Positions 34,042 to 48,353 of a stretch of DNA of 64,000 nt are shown here, in pieces. The notes below the pieces were generated by a model that was given only the letters and a program-made list of their open reading frames with translations, made no database searches and had not been told where the DNA came from. The stretch is from the human T2T-CHM13v2.0 reference genome, Homo sapiens. The position numbers and the translations under genes are program-made. The stretch lies in assembly GCF_009914755.1 (NCBI RefSeq), contig NC_060943.1; one strand, given 5' to 3'. How positions within the stretch are numbered: position 1 is the stretch's first letter; each line of letters starts with the position of its first letter.

Positions 34042-34812
34042 GTGGGTGTGTGAGGCCTTGGTGTCTGGGCAGAGGTGGGAGAAGGAACGGGAGGAAATCG
34101 TGTGGCCACTGGACTGATTGAGAGATTTGGCACAGGACAAGATTACAGCCATTCCCCATGGACATGGTACATCCCCAAACATTCATTCCTGAGCCATCAC
34201 AGAGAGGGAAGCTTCATCTACTTTTCTCTCCACCATGAGAGCTTTTAGCATGTAGGGTGGGGGGTAAGAAATGGTCTCGGTGAAATAACGGAGGCAGTTG
34301 GCACAGATGAATGAACTGAAGGTCCCATCCCCATCCAGTTTCCTCAAAGACATTTAATGTAATAATTCAGCAGGGAACTCACCTCCTACAGATTGTCAAT
34401 TTCTTAATTTGAGGAGTGTTTCTCAACTGGGGTGATTCTGCCTTTCCGGACACATGGCCATGTCTAGAGACATTTTTGTTGTCATTGTAGGGGGTGGTGG
34501 GGTGTTGATAGCATCTAGAGGGTGGAGGCGGGGTCTCTGCTCTGCACAGGAGCGCCCCCTCCAGGAGGGTGATGCAGCCCCAATGCCAGTGGTGCCAGGG
34601 GTTAGGGGCCTCCACCTAGAGTCATGCTCCTTCCAGCGTCAGGGGCAAGGAGATGCTGGCACAGCGGGGAGAAATATGCCCAGAGAACCAAACAGTGAAA
34701 ACCACCACACCTGTGTCATTAGAAGAGTTGGTGCATCCAGTCAGGAAAAAGCAGACATGTCCTTCCACCGGTTTAGGCATGGCAGTCATTGCTGTTGGTT
34801 TTCCATTCTCAG

Positions 34813-34963
34813 GAAGAGGACTTCCTGCTGCCAGAGACTACTGTCATGAAAGGTGACCCAAAGGCTCTGAGACCCAAGCCGACCTTGGAGAAGGACCTGG
34901 AGGAAGACAGGGAGGAGAACCCAGGACTTACATCCCCAGAGCCTCAGCTTCCAAACAGTCCCA
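34813..34963 (+). CDS. ZSCAN5C: ZSCAN5C coding exon 3 (151 nt)
   Basis: [50 protein letters not shown]; AG/GTAAGT. Confidence 0.9.
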
Positions 34964-35227
34964 GTAAGTATGAAGACTTACACCTGTGTGGAGATAGCCC
35001 CTCTCTTCTGGGGTGTGGGGCTGGGGTCCCAGCATTATCATGTCTGGGGGAGTTGGCACTCAGCTGCCAAAGCCTCTCCATCCCTTACTCTCCAGAGACC
35101 TACAGTCCAATGTCTTAGGTTTAAGGTTGAGGGGAAGTTGTCAGCCAACATCAGTGTTTGGTTGCAATGAGTTTGGTGTATTGAAAATGCACCTTATTAA
35201 CTGTGTGTGTGGAATCCCTTCTTCCAG

Positions 35228-35979
35228 CAGGGGTGGTGGGAGCAAAGGAGGGGAAGGAACCCCAAAAAAGAGCCTCTGTGGAAAATGTGGATGCTGACAC
35301 ACCTTCTGCCTGCGTTGTGGAGAGAGAAGCTTCGACTCACAGCGGGAGCAGAGGAGACGCTCTGAATCTGAGAGGTCTCAAAAGAAGCAAACCAGACGCC
35401 ACCTCCATTTCCCAAGAAGAGCCTCAAGGAGAAGCCACACCTGTGGGCAACAGAGAATCCCCGGGACAAGCTGAGATCAATCCAGTTCATTCCCCAGGCC
35501 CTGCGGGCCCAGTCAGTCACCCCAGTGGCCAAGAAGTCAAGGAACTGCTGCCCTTTGCATGTGAGGTGTGCGGCAAGAGGTTTAAGTATCGCGGCAAGTT
35601 AGCCGTCCACACGAGATCACACACAGGCGAGAGACTCTTTCAGTGTAATCTCTGCGGGAAGCGCTTCATGCAGCGCATAGGCCTGCAATTTCACCAGCGA
35701 ACCCACACTGGCGAGAGGCCCTACACGTGTGACATCTGCCAGAAGCAGTTCACCCAGAAGTCCTACTTGAAGTGTCACAAGAGAAGCCACACAGGGGAGA
35801 AGCCCTTCGAATGTAAAGACTGCAAGAAAGTTTTCACCTACAAGGCAAATCTGAAGGAGCACCAGCGCATCCACTCTGGAGAGAAACCCCACAAATGTTC
35901 CAAGTGTCCAAGAGCCTTCGGTCGGCCGGCGACCTTAAGACGCCACCAGAAAACACATCGAGAAGCCACTTCACAGTGA
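35228..35979 (+). CDS. ZSCAN5C: ZSCAN5C last coding exon, five C2H2 fingers (CAGCAG acceptor; alternative start 35231); 496-aa ORF intact
   Basis: Five C2H2 motifs ending REATSQ*; AATAAA at 36210-36215. Confidence 0.93.
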
Positions 35980-37315
35980 CTTCACCATCGGGTCTGTCTT
36001 CTGCACCAAGAAAGTGTGAATGAAGATTTTTCACCGATGTTGTCAGATGACGTTTGACAGATGAAGGGCGCCTGGCACGCAGAGGAGTGCCCTAGATAGG
36101 AATTCCTAGGATGTTTGTTTAAATCTTTTTCCTCCCCGGGGGAATTTTGGTTTTTGTTTCATTATTTCTATTGTTTTAGGTTTATTTTGGTTTGTGTTGC
36201 TGTTCTTTCAATAAACATCTTATTAGTTTTCAATATTTTGTAACAAAAAACAGTCTCCTGATTGACATGCTGTTGTTATGCACTGTTTTGCTATAAAGTA
36301 CAATTGTCCAAGGAGGGTGTCCGGATTAAATACACGATATGCCTCGGGAAATCTGGGTTTCAGATAAACGTTTTTTGTTTTTTTAGTATCAGCTTGTTCT
36401 AAATTATTCATTATTTATCTGAAACTCAGCTTTTATTAGGTATCCTAAATAGTTTTCTTTTTTATTTTTTTTTCTATTCTTTTTTTTGAGATGGGGTCTC
36501 CCTCTGTCAACCAGGCTGGATTGCAGTAGCAGGATCATCGCCCACTGCAGCCTCGACCTTCCAGGCTCAGGCAGTCCTTCCGTCTAAGCCTCCCAAGTAG
36601 CTGGGACTACAGGATCATACCACCACTTCGGCCAATTTTTGTGTTTTTTTGTGGAGATGAAGATTTGCCTTGTTGCCCAGGCTGGTCTTGAACTCAGAAG
36701 TACAAGTGGTCCAACTGCCTCAGCCTCCTTAAGTGCTGGCATTACAGGCATGAGCCGCTGTGCCCTGTATTGTTTTTATTAGACTTTATTATAATTATGA
36801 TATTCAAATTTTTGGAAATAATTTTTTGTAGTGATGGGATTTTTTGTTGCCCAGGCTGGTGTGGGGTGAGCCACCACGCCTGGCTAACGACTTTCTTTTT
36901 CAGAGCTGTCTTAGGTTCACAGGGAAATTCAGTGGACAGCGCAGAGTCCCCGTAGACTCCCACCCCACACAGCACAGCCCCTCCCCGCCCAGCATCCCCA
37001 GCAGAGCGGTGCACCTGTTCCATCAGTGAGCCTGCCTGGACATATCACCACCACCCAGAGTCCATGGTGTTCATTAGGGCTCGCTCTGGGTGTTGTACAT
37101 CCTGTGGGTTTGGACAAAGGCCTCATGAGTACCCACCACTGGAGTATTGTGGGGGGGGTATTTTCACTGCCCCCCCCGAATCCTCTCTGCTCTGCCTATT
37201 TATCTCCCCGCCCCAGATGGTGTATTTTGTGGCCTAAATTTGGCAACCTCTAAATTCCTGATTTGACTCTTGAACTACGGAGGCATTGGGAGTCTCTGGT
37301 GACTAGTTGGTCTTA

Positions 37316-37777
<462 letters not shown>

Positions 37778-38529
37778 CTACTGTCCCCACACCATTTCCT
37801 CTATTATTTTTTGTTTGTTTGTTTGTTTGTTTGTTTTGAGATGGAGTCTCACTCAGTCACCCAGGCTGGATTGCAGAGGCACGATCTTGGCTCACTGCAA
37901 CTTCCACCTCCTGTGTTCAAGCGATTCTCCTACCTCAGCCTCCCATGTACTGGGACTACAGGCATGTGCCACCACACCCAGCTAATTTTTGTATTTTTTT
38001 AGTAGAGATGCGGTTTCACCACGTTACCCAAGCTGGTCTCGAATTCCTGACCTCAAGTCATCCGCCCATCTGGGCCTCCCAAAGAGCTGGGATTACAGGT
38101 GTGAGCCACTGCGCCTGGCCTCCCCTATTGTTAACATGGTACGTTAGTATGGCACATTTGCCACAAGCGATGAACTGACTGGATATATTGCCGTGATCTA
38201 AGGCCCATACCTTATTGAGGCCTCCTTAGTGTTTACACAATGACCTCCTCTTCCTTCCTCCCCATCCAGGATGCCACATTGCCTTGAGTTGTCACGTCTC
38301 CCTAGGATCCTCTTGGTGACAATTTCTTAGATTTTACTTGTTTGGGATCACCTGAGAATGTGCATTTTAGGTGGTGCTGATGCTGCTGGTCTTGGGAGAA
38401 CATTTTATGGATGAGCTGACAGGCAGAGTCCTGCAGTCTGCAGAGGTCTGGAAAGGTCCCTTCCCGAATAGGCTGGATTCATTTATTAAAGGCCACTTTT
38501 GTAAGACTTTGGTTCTTGTCATCTTAATT

Positions 38530-39066
38530 TAAAGGAAATTTATCAAGAGACACACAGCAAAGAGATGCATCATAGAGTAACTATTGCAAAGGAAATAGAG
38601 TATTTTGAAAGTTAAGGGCAGAATAGACAGGACATCCTGGGAGCAAGGATTCAGGGCCAACTGCTCCTAAGGATGAGACAGCAAAGACCCGCTAGAGGGA
38701 GACTCCCCTTTATGGGAGTCTCGGATCATTACACAAGGGGGTGGGAAGAGGTGTTACTAGTAAGCATGTTCTGGGTGGTCCCCTGGGCACACAGGTGCAG
38801 TAGCTGTGCACACGTCTCTTTAGCATCTTAAGTCTCCACCCAGGGGTGTGTTTTTTACTATTATAACGAGCAAAGGGTCAGTTTGTGAACAGGTAAAATC
38901 ACAATGCTCATGTTCTCTACAGGGAAAACTCCCTTTTGTAGATGGTTTTGTGTGAATGAACTCAATTAGAAAGTGAAGGCTGGGGCTGATTGTGTTGGCT
39001 GTACGGTCCCCATGGGTGCTGCGTTTGGAGGACATGGTCACCTTCTTGACTACCTATCCTGACTCA
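38530..39066 (-). mobile_element. ERV1-class solo LTR; inverted paralog at about 45871-46430 (+)
   Basis: The plus-strand copy begins TGAGGCAGGATAGGCAGTCAAGGAAATGACC and has CCCATAAAGGGGAGTCTCCC, typical of MER-type ERV1 LTRs; subfamily not determined. Confidence 0.6.
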
Positions 39067-40530
39067 CCCAGGTCCATTTAGGAGAAAGAGTCCTTGAGGT
39101 AGAAACCTGAATCCGCCATCAAATGTACACAGACTCCCGTTTAATTCAAGAAGTGGATGTTTGGTGGGTAGTGGTTCTCCATTTAGATATTGGGTCCAAC
39201 ATCCTTCTCCAGACACAGAAAATGTGTTGATGATACCACCTGCCCACTTAATTTAAATCATGTTTCTCTATGATCCATTAACCACATCCGACATTTCTTT
39301 AGAGCTTCATTTCCCAATTTTCCTACATGTTGGACTCACTTGAGGTGTTTTTTCAATATTTTTTTAAAAAGCAATGCCTGGGGTCCAGCCCCAAGGTAAT
39401 GATGTGATTGGTTGAGGATGTGGCCCCTGTGTTGAGAGTTTATAAAACTCCTCAGGTGATCAAATGTGTGGCTGAGTCTGGCAGGTCGGTTTTCTGATTG
39501 TCTGGTCACTCCAATTCCTGTTCTCTCATGGGGATCAGTGAGTTCATTTCCACGGAGAGTCATGCACCTCCATTCCCAGTCTAAAGAAGGTAGACTCCAC
39601 AGCTGGCTCCCACCCACCCTGCACGGGGGTCCCTCCCACTGTGGCTGGCTACATGCACCACTCCAGGGACTGCCCCTCATGGCTCTGGGCACATGTGGCA
39701 CTGGGTGGCCTTTGCACTGCTGCTCCTTATCCACCTATGTGCTCTGAGCCAAGAGCTTGATTTACCTGATGTGACAATGAAAACAGGATACCCACTGCAA
39801 CCTCAAAAAAGCCCAGTGCGGCTGGGCGCAGTGGCTCATGCCTGTAATCCTAGTATTTTGGGAGGCCGAGGTGGGTGGATCACCTGAGGTCAGGAGTTTG
39901 AGACCAGACTGGCCAACATGGTGAAACCCCATTTCTACTAAAAATAAAAATTAGCTGAGCATGGTGGTGCACGCCTGTAATCCCAGCATTGCATTCCAGC
40001 CTCGGTGACAGGGCAAGACTCAGTCTCAAAAAAAGCGCCATGCTAGGGATGACTGAATTGAATTTAGAAGGTGCCCTTGCTTTCAGAAAAACAACAACCC
40101 AACACTGCTTAATCTACCCAACCCGGAGCCAAATCTGCACCAACCAACCACCTGGCCCACCTGGTGGCTTTTCAGACTCTGACCTTGACGATGGGACATG
40201 AGGTGGGGAAGGAGGTGGAAGCACAGCTAGGGAAGAAGGGGCAAGAGACCCACTCCCCTGGCATGATCCCTGGGGTCTTGGAGGCTGGGCCGGTCAACAT
40301 GGCTGCAGTTATTTCTAGCTTTCTGGATTCCCAGAAAAAAACAGCTGTACTTCAAAGAAAATGCAGAACAAGGTGAGGTCGACGTGGAAAATCATCCCAA
40401 CATCAGCCAAACGGAACTGGGCTCTGCTATCCGAGTGCACTCAGGCCAAACACCCACGTGAAGCTTTTACAGTGAGAGAAAGGAAGACATTTATTTGCAG
40501 GGCACCAAGCAAGGAGAATCGGGCAGCTAA

Positions 40531-40752
<222 letters not shown>

Positions 40753-41345
40753 TAAATTTATAAAGTTAATATTGATAATGACAGACAGAAAATAATGCCT
40801 TCTCTAAGAATGTGTGACCAACCACCATCCTTCCCTCATGGGGATGTGGAGTTTCCCTTGTCTTGGATGCCTAACAGAGCTGTCAATCACCACACATCCT
40901 AGACCGACCACATCTTTCCCCACCTCACGTAAGGGTGGCTCCAGCCCCCTTGATGTGCAATCCACAAGATTTGTGGGGTTATCCTTGATTCCTGCATTTC
41001 CCTCACATGACACACTCAGTCTCTCAACAAATCCTATACCTTAATTAATGTGTTTACTGACATGAATTTCACGCGACATAAAATTAACTGTTTTATCTGT
41101 ACAGTTTAGTGGCATTTGGTGCATTTACACTGCTGTGCGGCAGCTCCTCTAGCTGGTTCCTGTGCCTGCATGTCCAGAGTCCAAGTTCTGACATTTGTAC
41201 ATACTCATGAAGTCATTGCCGTCATCAAGAAGCTGAACATCCCCACCATCCTCCAACGCTTCCCCAGGCTCTTCATCATCTGTCCCTCCCACAACTCCAT
41301 CCCTGGACAACCACTGGTGTTCTCTGTGTCATTACAGATCACTGA

Positions 41346-41573
<228 letters not shown>

Positions 41574-41920
41574 TAGAGCTGGGGTCTCACTATGTTGCCC
41601 AGGCTGATCCTGAACTCCTGGGCTCAAGCGATCTGCCTGCCTGGGCCTCCCAAAAAGTGCTGGGATTACATGCATGAGCCAGTGTGCCCAGCCTAGGGGT
41701 AGAATTTTCTAGCGATGGAATCATACCTTATGTACTCCTTTTCTATCTGCCCTCCTTCACCTTCATAATTATTTTGAAATTCACTCATGTTCTTGGGTGT
41801 AATCAATGATTCCTTTTTACTGCTGAGTAGTATTCTCAACTTCATTGAATTGTACCCTTTGCATATGTGTGATTTATTGTATATCAACTATACCTCAGTA
41901 AAACTATACGAAAAAGATAA

Positions 41921-42213
<293 letters not shown>

Positions 42214-43348
42214 TGAGCCACCATGCCTGGCCAGGATTTTCTTAAAACTTAAAAACAAATTCAGCATTTGACCAGTTCTCCCCATTTCAACTTTCAGTAT
42301 TCATGGTCAAGCCAACAGCCATCAACCTGGATGACTCTGTTGCCATCCTCACTGAGCTCCTGGTTCCTTCCCTTCCCCTATATGGGCTGTTATCTTTTTT
42401 CTCTTTTTTCTTATTTTGTTCTTTTTTTTTTTTTTTTTTTGAGACAGGGTCTTGCTCTGTCACCCAGGCTTGAGTGCAGTGACACAATCATAATGCCCTG
42501 CAGCCTCAACCTCTCAGGCTCAAACAATCCTCCCACCTCAGCCTCCCCAGTACCTGAGACTACAGGTGTGCACAACCAGGCCTTACAATTTTTTTTTTTT
42601 TGTATATTTTGTAGAGATGGGGTTTCATCATGTTGCCCAGGCTGGTCTTTAACTCCTGAACCCAAGCTATCCACCTGCCTCAGCTTCTCACAGTGCTGAG
42701 ATTACAGGCATGAGCCACCGCGGTTGGCTGTATGGGCTATTTTCAAGGCATCTTCTGAGAAAACGCTAAAGAGAAGTCAGAAAGCTACTCTATGAAGGCA
42801 GAGGCATTCGTTGGAGCTCTGAGTGATGTACCTGCAATGTCTAGATTCTAGTTTTAGGAGTCGGCAGAGTCAGCCCAATTCTATGTGTCAGACCAATTCA
42901 ATGACTGAAATAGTGGCAGCTCCACCTACTAGTACAATGGGTCAAGTTTTCACATTTCACTTGTTCCTACAGGATGGGGCCTGGCAGGCTTGAGTTGAGA
43001 TTTATGCTTGTTTCTATGTAGCTTTGGATCGTTGTGAAAGCCAGGTCATTTCAATCATTTTGTGCAAACATCATTGTGTGTAAAAACGGTGTCCACGTTT
43101 TGTCTTTGAAATGGTCCCCGCCCTCCGCTCGTTATCGTGTTGAGAATGAAATGAGAGGACATGCTTGGCACCTGGAGATGATTGGATATTACAGCTGTGC
43201 GCCATAAGGGCAAATGGTTCCATTGTTTGATGAGCCGTCCTGGCGGTGGGTGGGTCGGTCACTTCTAAACAGATAAGGAATGGCTAGAAAGCTCTTGTAC
43301 CAAACCAGCTTGAAGCAACCTCACCCACACCGAATCCCTCCACGTTTC

Positions 43349-43366
43349 TTTTCTTTTTTCTTTCTT

Positions 43367-43397
<31 letters not shown>

Positions 43398-43681
43398 GAG
43401 ATAGAGTCTCGCTCTGTCGCCCGGGCTGGAGGGCCGTGGTGCGACCTCGGGTCACTGCAAGCTCCGCCCCCCGGGTTCAAGCAATTCTCCTGCCTCAGCC
43501 TCCGGAGTAGCCGGGATTACAGGCACCCGCCACCATGCCCGGCTAATTTGTGTATTTTAGTAGAGACAGGGAGGGTTTCACTGTATTGTCCAGGCTGGTC
43601 TTGAACTCCTGAGCTCAGGCAATGCGCCCGCCTCGGCCTCCCAAAGTGATAGGATTACGGGCGTGAGCCACCGTGCCCAGC
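43349..43681 (-). mobile_element. Alu flanked by target-site duplications, absent from the paralogous site at about 60380
   Basis: Poly(T) at 43349-43398 then an antisense Alu body; TSD copies at 43332-43348 and 43682-43698. Confidence 0.9.
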
Positions 43682-43698
43682 AAATCCGTCTACTTTTC

Positions 43699-44792
43699 TT
43701 TTTTCTTTCTTTCTTTCTTTTCTTTCTTTTCTCCCAACCCCCCTCCCCCCGTCAAACAACCAACAGTTTTTTAACACAGAAAGTAAGGCATAATCCAGGG
43801 CTTGGACTGTCTTTCAAGAAAACCCCAAACCCGCTGCCAGGAAGTCACAGCCACTAAGTCCCATCCCAGGCCCAGTTGCTGCCAGGAAACACACCGCGTG
43901 GAGACCCAGCATGACTGCTGACTGATTGCAAGTCCCCAGGAGGGCTTTATTTTTGCTTTTCAACATCCTGTTCTGCAGGTTCCTTGGCTCTTTTTGCCCG
44001 TATGCCGAAGAGCCAGGCATTGGGACGGGCCATGCGGAGACTAGCGAAGGCTTTGAAATTCTTCTCCTCGATGATGACTCCAGCTTTCTCCTTCTAGGCA
44101 TTCCGGTTGGGCATGACCGGTCCTGTCAGCCGAGCGGCCAGTTTCAGTTCTTCAGCAGAACTGTCTCCCTTCTCGGAGGCCGAGGGCTTCCCGGGGAAGC
44201 GGATGCGTTTGGAGCGGGGCTCCTTCAGCCGCCGCACGTTGGCCTGCAGGGACTGCGCCTCCTCGGATCCGCAGAAATGCCGGCGTCCGGGCCCCCTTCT
44301 TCGCGTGCCGGCCACCCTGAGCTCCTCCAGGCGGAGGCCGCGGCCGTGCGCACCTTCGTGTGGTACCGAACCGTGGGGCAGCGCACGATGGGCCGGATGG
44401 GCCCCGACGCGGGGCAGGGGCGAGGCGGCGCGCCTTGGCTTGCCCGGCCTGGCGCCTGCGGATCTTCTGGGCCGGCTGGTTGAACCGCTTGGCCACGCGC
44501 CGCTGCAGTCCTTGGGGAAGCGGGGCTTCGAGATCGTGCCGTTCCGGCTGGGCGCCGTGGCTGCCTACGGCCCTGCGGCTGCAGACCAGAGGGGAGCCAC
44601 CGAGGGGAAGGTCCCTGCGCGCGCGCACCCCATCCCCGGCCTCCGCCTCTAACCTCCCAGCCTGGGCCGGAGGCCGCCCCTAGAGCCCGGGCCCCGGTCC
44701 AATGCTGTCTGCGAAGAAGGGGCCCATCCATGCCCGCGTTGGCGGCAGCGCCAGGCCGATGGCGCTGGATGGAGCCCGAAGGCCGAGACCCC
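43699..44792 (-). pseudogene. RPL13: Processed pseudogene of ribosomal protein L13 (CDS homolog 43947-44558), CpG-island-like
   Basis: Intronless minus-strand frames give [49 protein letters not shown] and [11 protein letters not shown]...[19 protein letters not shown], matching RPL13; start ATG is ACG; frameshifts; degenerate poly(A) at 43699-43730; flanking TSDs. Confidence 0.95.
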
Positions 44793-45124
44793 AAATCCCT
44801 CTGCTTTTCTAAGAAATCGCCCTCCAGTCTTTTTTTTTTTTTCAGATCTGTAACTTGTTTTCACCCCTGATTTAAAACAATACCACTGTTCTCCCCCAAA
44901 TTTTCCTTTGATACAGTAGGTGAACAAAATAGATTTTTTTCCCCACAAATATCAGCAGACACTTCTTGGCACCCCACACTGTATTGGCATGGGTGTTAAC
45001 AGTCCCAGTTCAGGTGTGCAGCCTTTCAGGTGGATGCACTGTAACAAGGATGTAAATGCGGAGCCATCCTAAGAATCACATTCAGTCATGGGGTTGCCCT
45101 TCCAAGCTGGCAGAAAAGGAACCC

Positions 45125-45478
<354 letters not shown>

Positions 45479-47662
45479 TCACCTGCGGAGTTTTATAAAC
45501 TCTCAACACAGGGGCCACATCCTCAGCCAATCACATCATTACCTTAGGGCTGGACCCCAGGCATTGCTTTTAAAAAAAATATTAAAAACTCCTCAAGTGA
45601 CTCCAACATGTAGCCAAATTAGAAAATGAAGCTCTAAAGAAACATTGGATGTCATTAATGGATCATAGAGCACCATGATTGAAATTAAACGGGCAGGTGG
45701 TATTATCAACACATTTTCTACGTCTGTGAAGAAGGTTGGACCCAATCACCAAAAGGGAGAACCACCACCCACCCCTACCTCCACTTCTTGAATGAAAGGG
45801 GAGTCTATGTACATTTTATGGTGGATTCCAGGTCCCTGCCTCAAAGAATGCTACTCCGAAACGGACCTGGGTGAGGCAGGATAGGCAGTCAAGGAAATGA
45901 CCACGTCCTCAGGATGCTGCACGCGTGGTGACTGTACAGTCAACACAGTAAGCCTCAGCGTTCACATTGGAATTGAGTTCATTCAAGCAAGGCCATCTCC
46001 AGTAGGGTATTTCCACTGTAGTATTTCCACTGTAGAGAGAATGTGCACGTTGATCTTACCCATCCACAAACCGACACATTTCTTGTTATGATAGTAAAAA
46101 ACACACACCTGGGCGGGCAGTTAAGACGCTAATGAGACATGTGCACAGCTACTGCACCTGTGTGCCCAGAAGAGCACCCAGAATATGCTTAGTAGTAACA
46201 CCTCTTCCCACCCCGCTAGGTGTAATCATCCAAGACTCCCATAAAGGGGAGTCTCCCTCAAGCAGGTCTTTGCTGTCTCATCCTTGGGAGCAGCTGGCCC
46301 TGAATCCTTGCTCCCAGGATGTCCTGTCTATTCTGCCCTTAACTTTCAAGATATTGTATTTCCTCTGTAATCAATTATTCTATGATGCATCTCTCTGCTG
46401 TGGGTCTCTTGATTAAATTCCTTTAAATTAAGATGACAAGAACCAAAGTCTTACAAAAGTAGTCTTTAATAAATGAATCCAGCCTATTTGGGAAGGGACC
46501 TTTCCAGACCTCTGCAGATTGCAGGACTCTGCCCGTCAGCTCAATCAGCCATCCATAAAATGTCCTCCCAAGACCAGCAGCATGAGCACCACCTAAAATG
46601 TACATTCTCAGGTAATCCCAAACAAGTAAAATCTGAGAAATTGTCACCAAGAGGATCCTAGGGAGACGTGACAACTCAAGGCAATGTGGTGTCTTGGATG
46701 GGGAGGAAGGAAGAGGAGGGCATTGTGTAAACACTAAGGAGGCCTCAATAAGGTATGGGCCTTAGATCACGGCAATATATCCAGTCAGTTCATCGCTCCA
46801 GTCAGTTCAAAGGTGCCATCCTAATGAACCATGTTGGCAATGGGGGAAGCCATGTGGGGCATTAGGGAGCTCCATGGACTTTAGAAAGCTATTCTAAAAT
46901 GAATTATATATTTTAATGCACACTCTCAGGCCCCATGCCCGGTCTGCTCAATCAGAAGCTGAGTCTGGGGCCCACCCACCTGAGGATTAACCACGCCTTC
47001 AGGGGATGGTAGTATCACTAAGACCAACTAGTCACCAGAGACTCCCAATGCCTCTGTAGTTCAAGAGTCAAATCGGGAATTTAGAGGTTGCCAAATTTAG
47101 GCCACAAAATACACCATCTGGGGCAGGGAGATAAATATGCAGAGCAGAGAGGATTCCGGGGGCAGTGAAAATACCCCCCAGGATACTCCAGTGGTGTGTA
47201 CTCATGAGGCCTTTGTCCAAACCCACAGCACGTACAACACCCAGAGCGAGCCCTAATGAACACTATGGACTCTGGGTGGTGGTGATATGTCCAGGCAGCC
47301 TCACTGATGGAACAGGTGCACCACTCTGCTGGGGATGCTGGGCAGGGAGAGGCTGTGTTGTGTGAGGAGGGAGTCTAGGGGAACTCTGTGCTGTCCACTG
47401 AATTTCCCTGTGAACCTAAACAGCTCTGAAAAAGAAAGTCTAGAGCCAGGCGTGGTGGCTCACCCCACACCAGCCTGGGCAACAAGAAATCCCATCACTA
47501 CAAAAAATTATTTCAAAAATTTGAATATCATAATTATAATAAAGTCTAATAAAAACAATACAGGGCACAGCGGCTCATGCCTGTAATGCCAGCACTTAAG
47601 GAGGCCGAGGCAGTTGGATCACTTGTACTTCGGAGTTCAAGACCAGCCTGGGCAACATATCA

Positions 47663-47968
<306 letters not shown>

Positions 47969-48353
47969 TCAAATTTCATCAGGCATTATGTATTTTATAT
48001 GGCCACCCTCCTTGGACAACTGTACTTTACAGCAAAACAGTGGGTAACCCCATGTCAATCAGGAAACTCAGTTTTCCGTTATACAATATTGAAAACTAAT
48101 AAGATGATCGTTTATTGGAAGAACAGCAACACAAACCAAAATAAACCTATAAGAAAACAATGGACATAATGAAACAGAAAACAAAGCTCAGTGGGGAGGA
48201 CACATATTTACTCAAACATCCTGGCAATTCATATCTAGGGCACTCCCTCTGTGTGTCAGACGCCCTTGCATGTGTCAAATGTCATCTGATAACATTGATG
48301 AAAAATATCATTCACTTCTTCTTGGTGCAGAAGGCATAGACCGGATTATGCAA

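Noticed and set aside
32693-35979. Possibility that ZSCAN5C is a pseudogene
   Set aside because: All four coding exons have the same lengths as in ZSCAN5A, canonical splice sites and no stops; only the promoter shows CpG loss
43814-44794. Overlapping 95-189 aa ORFs on both strands suggesting a novel gene
   Set aside because: Frameshifted pieces of the RPL13 retrocopy and stop-poor GC-rich antisense frames; the parental start codon is mutated to ACG
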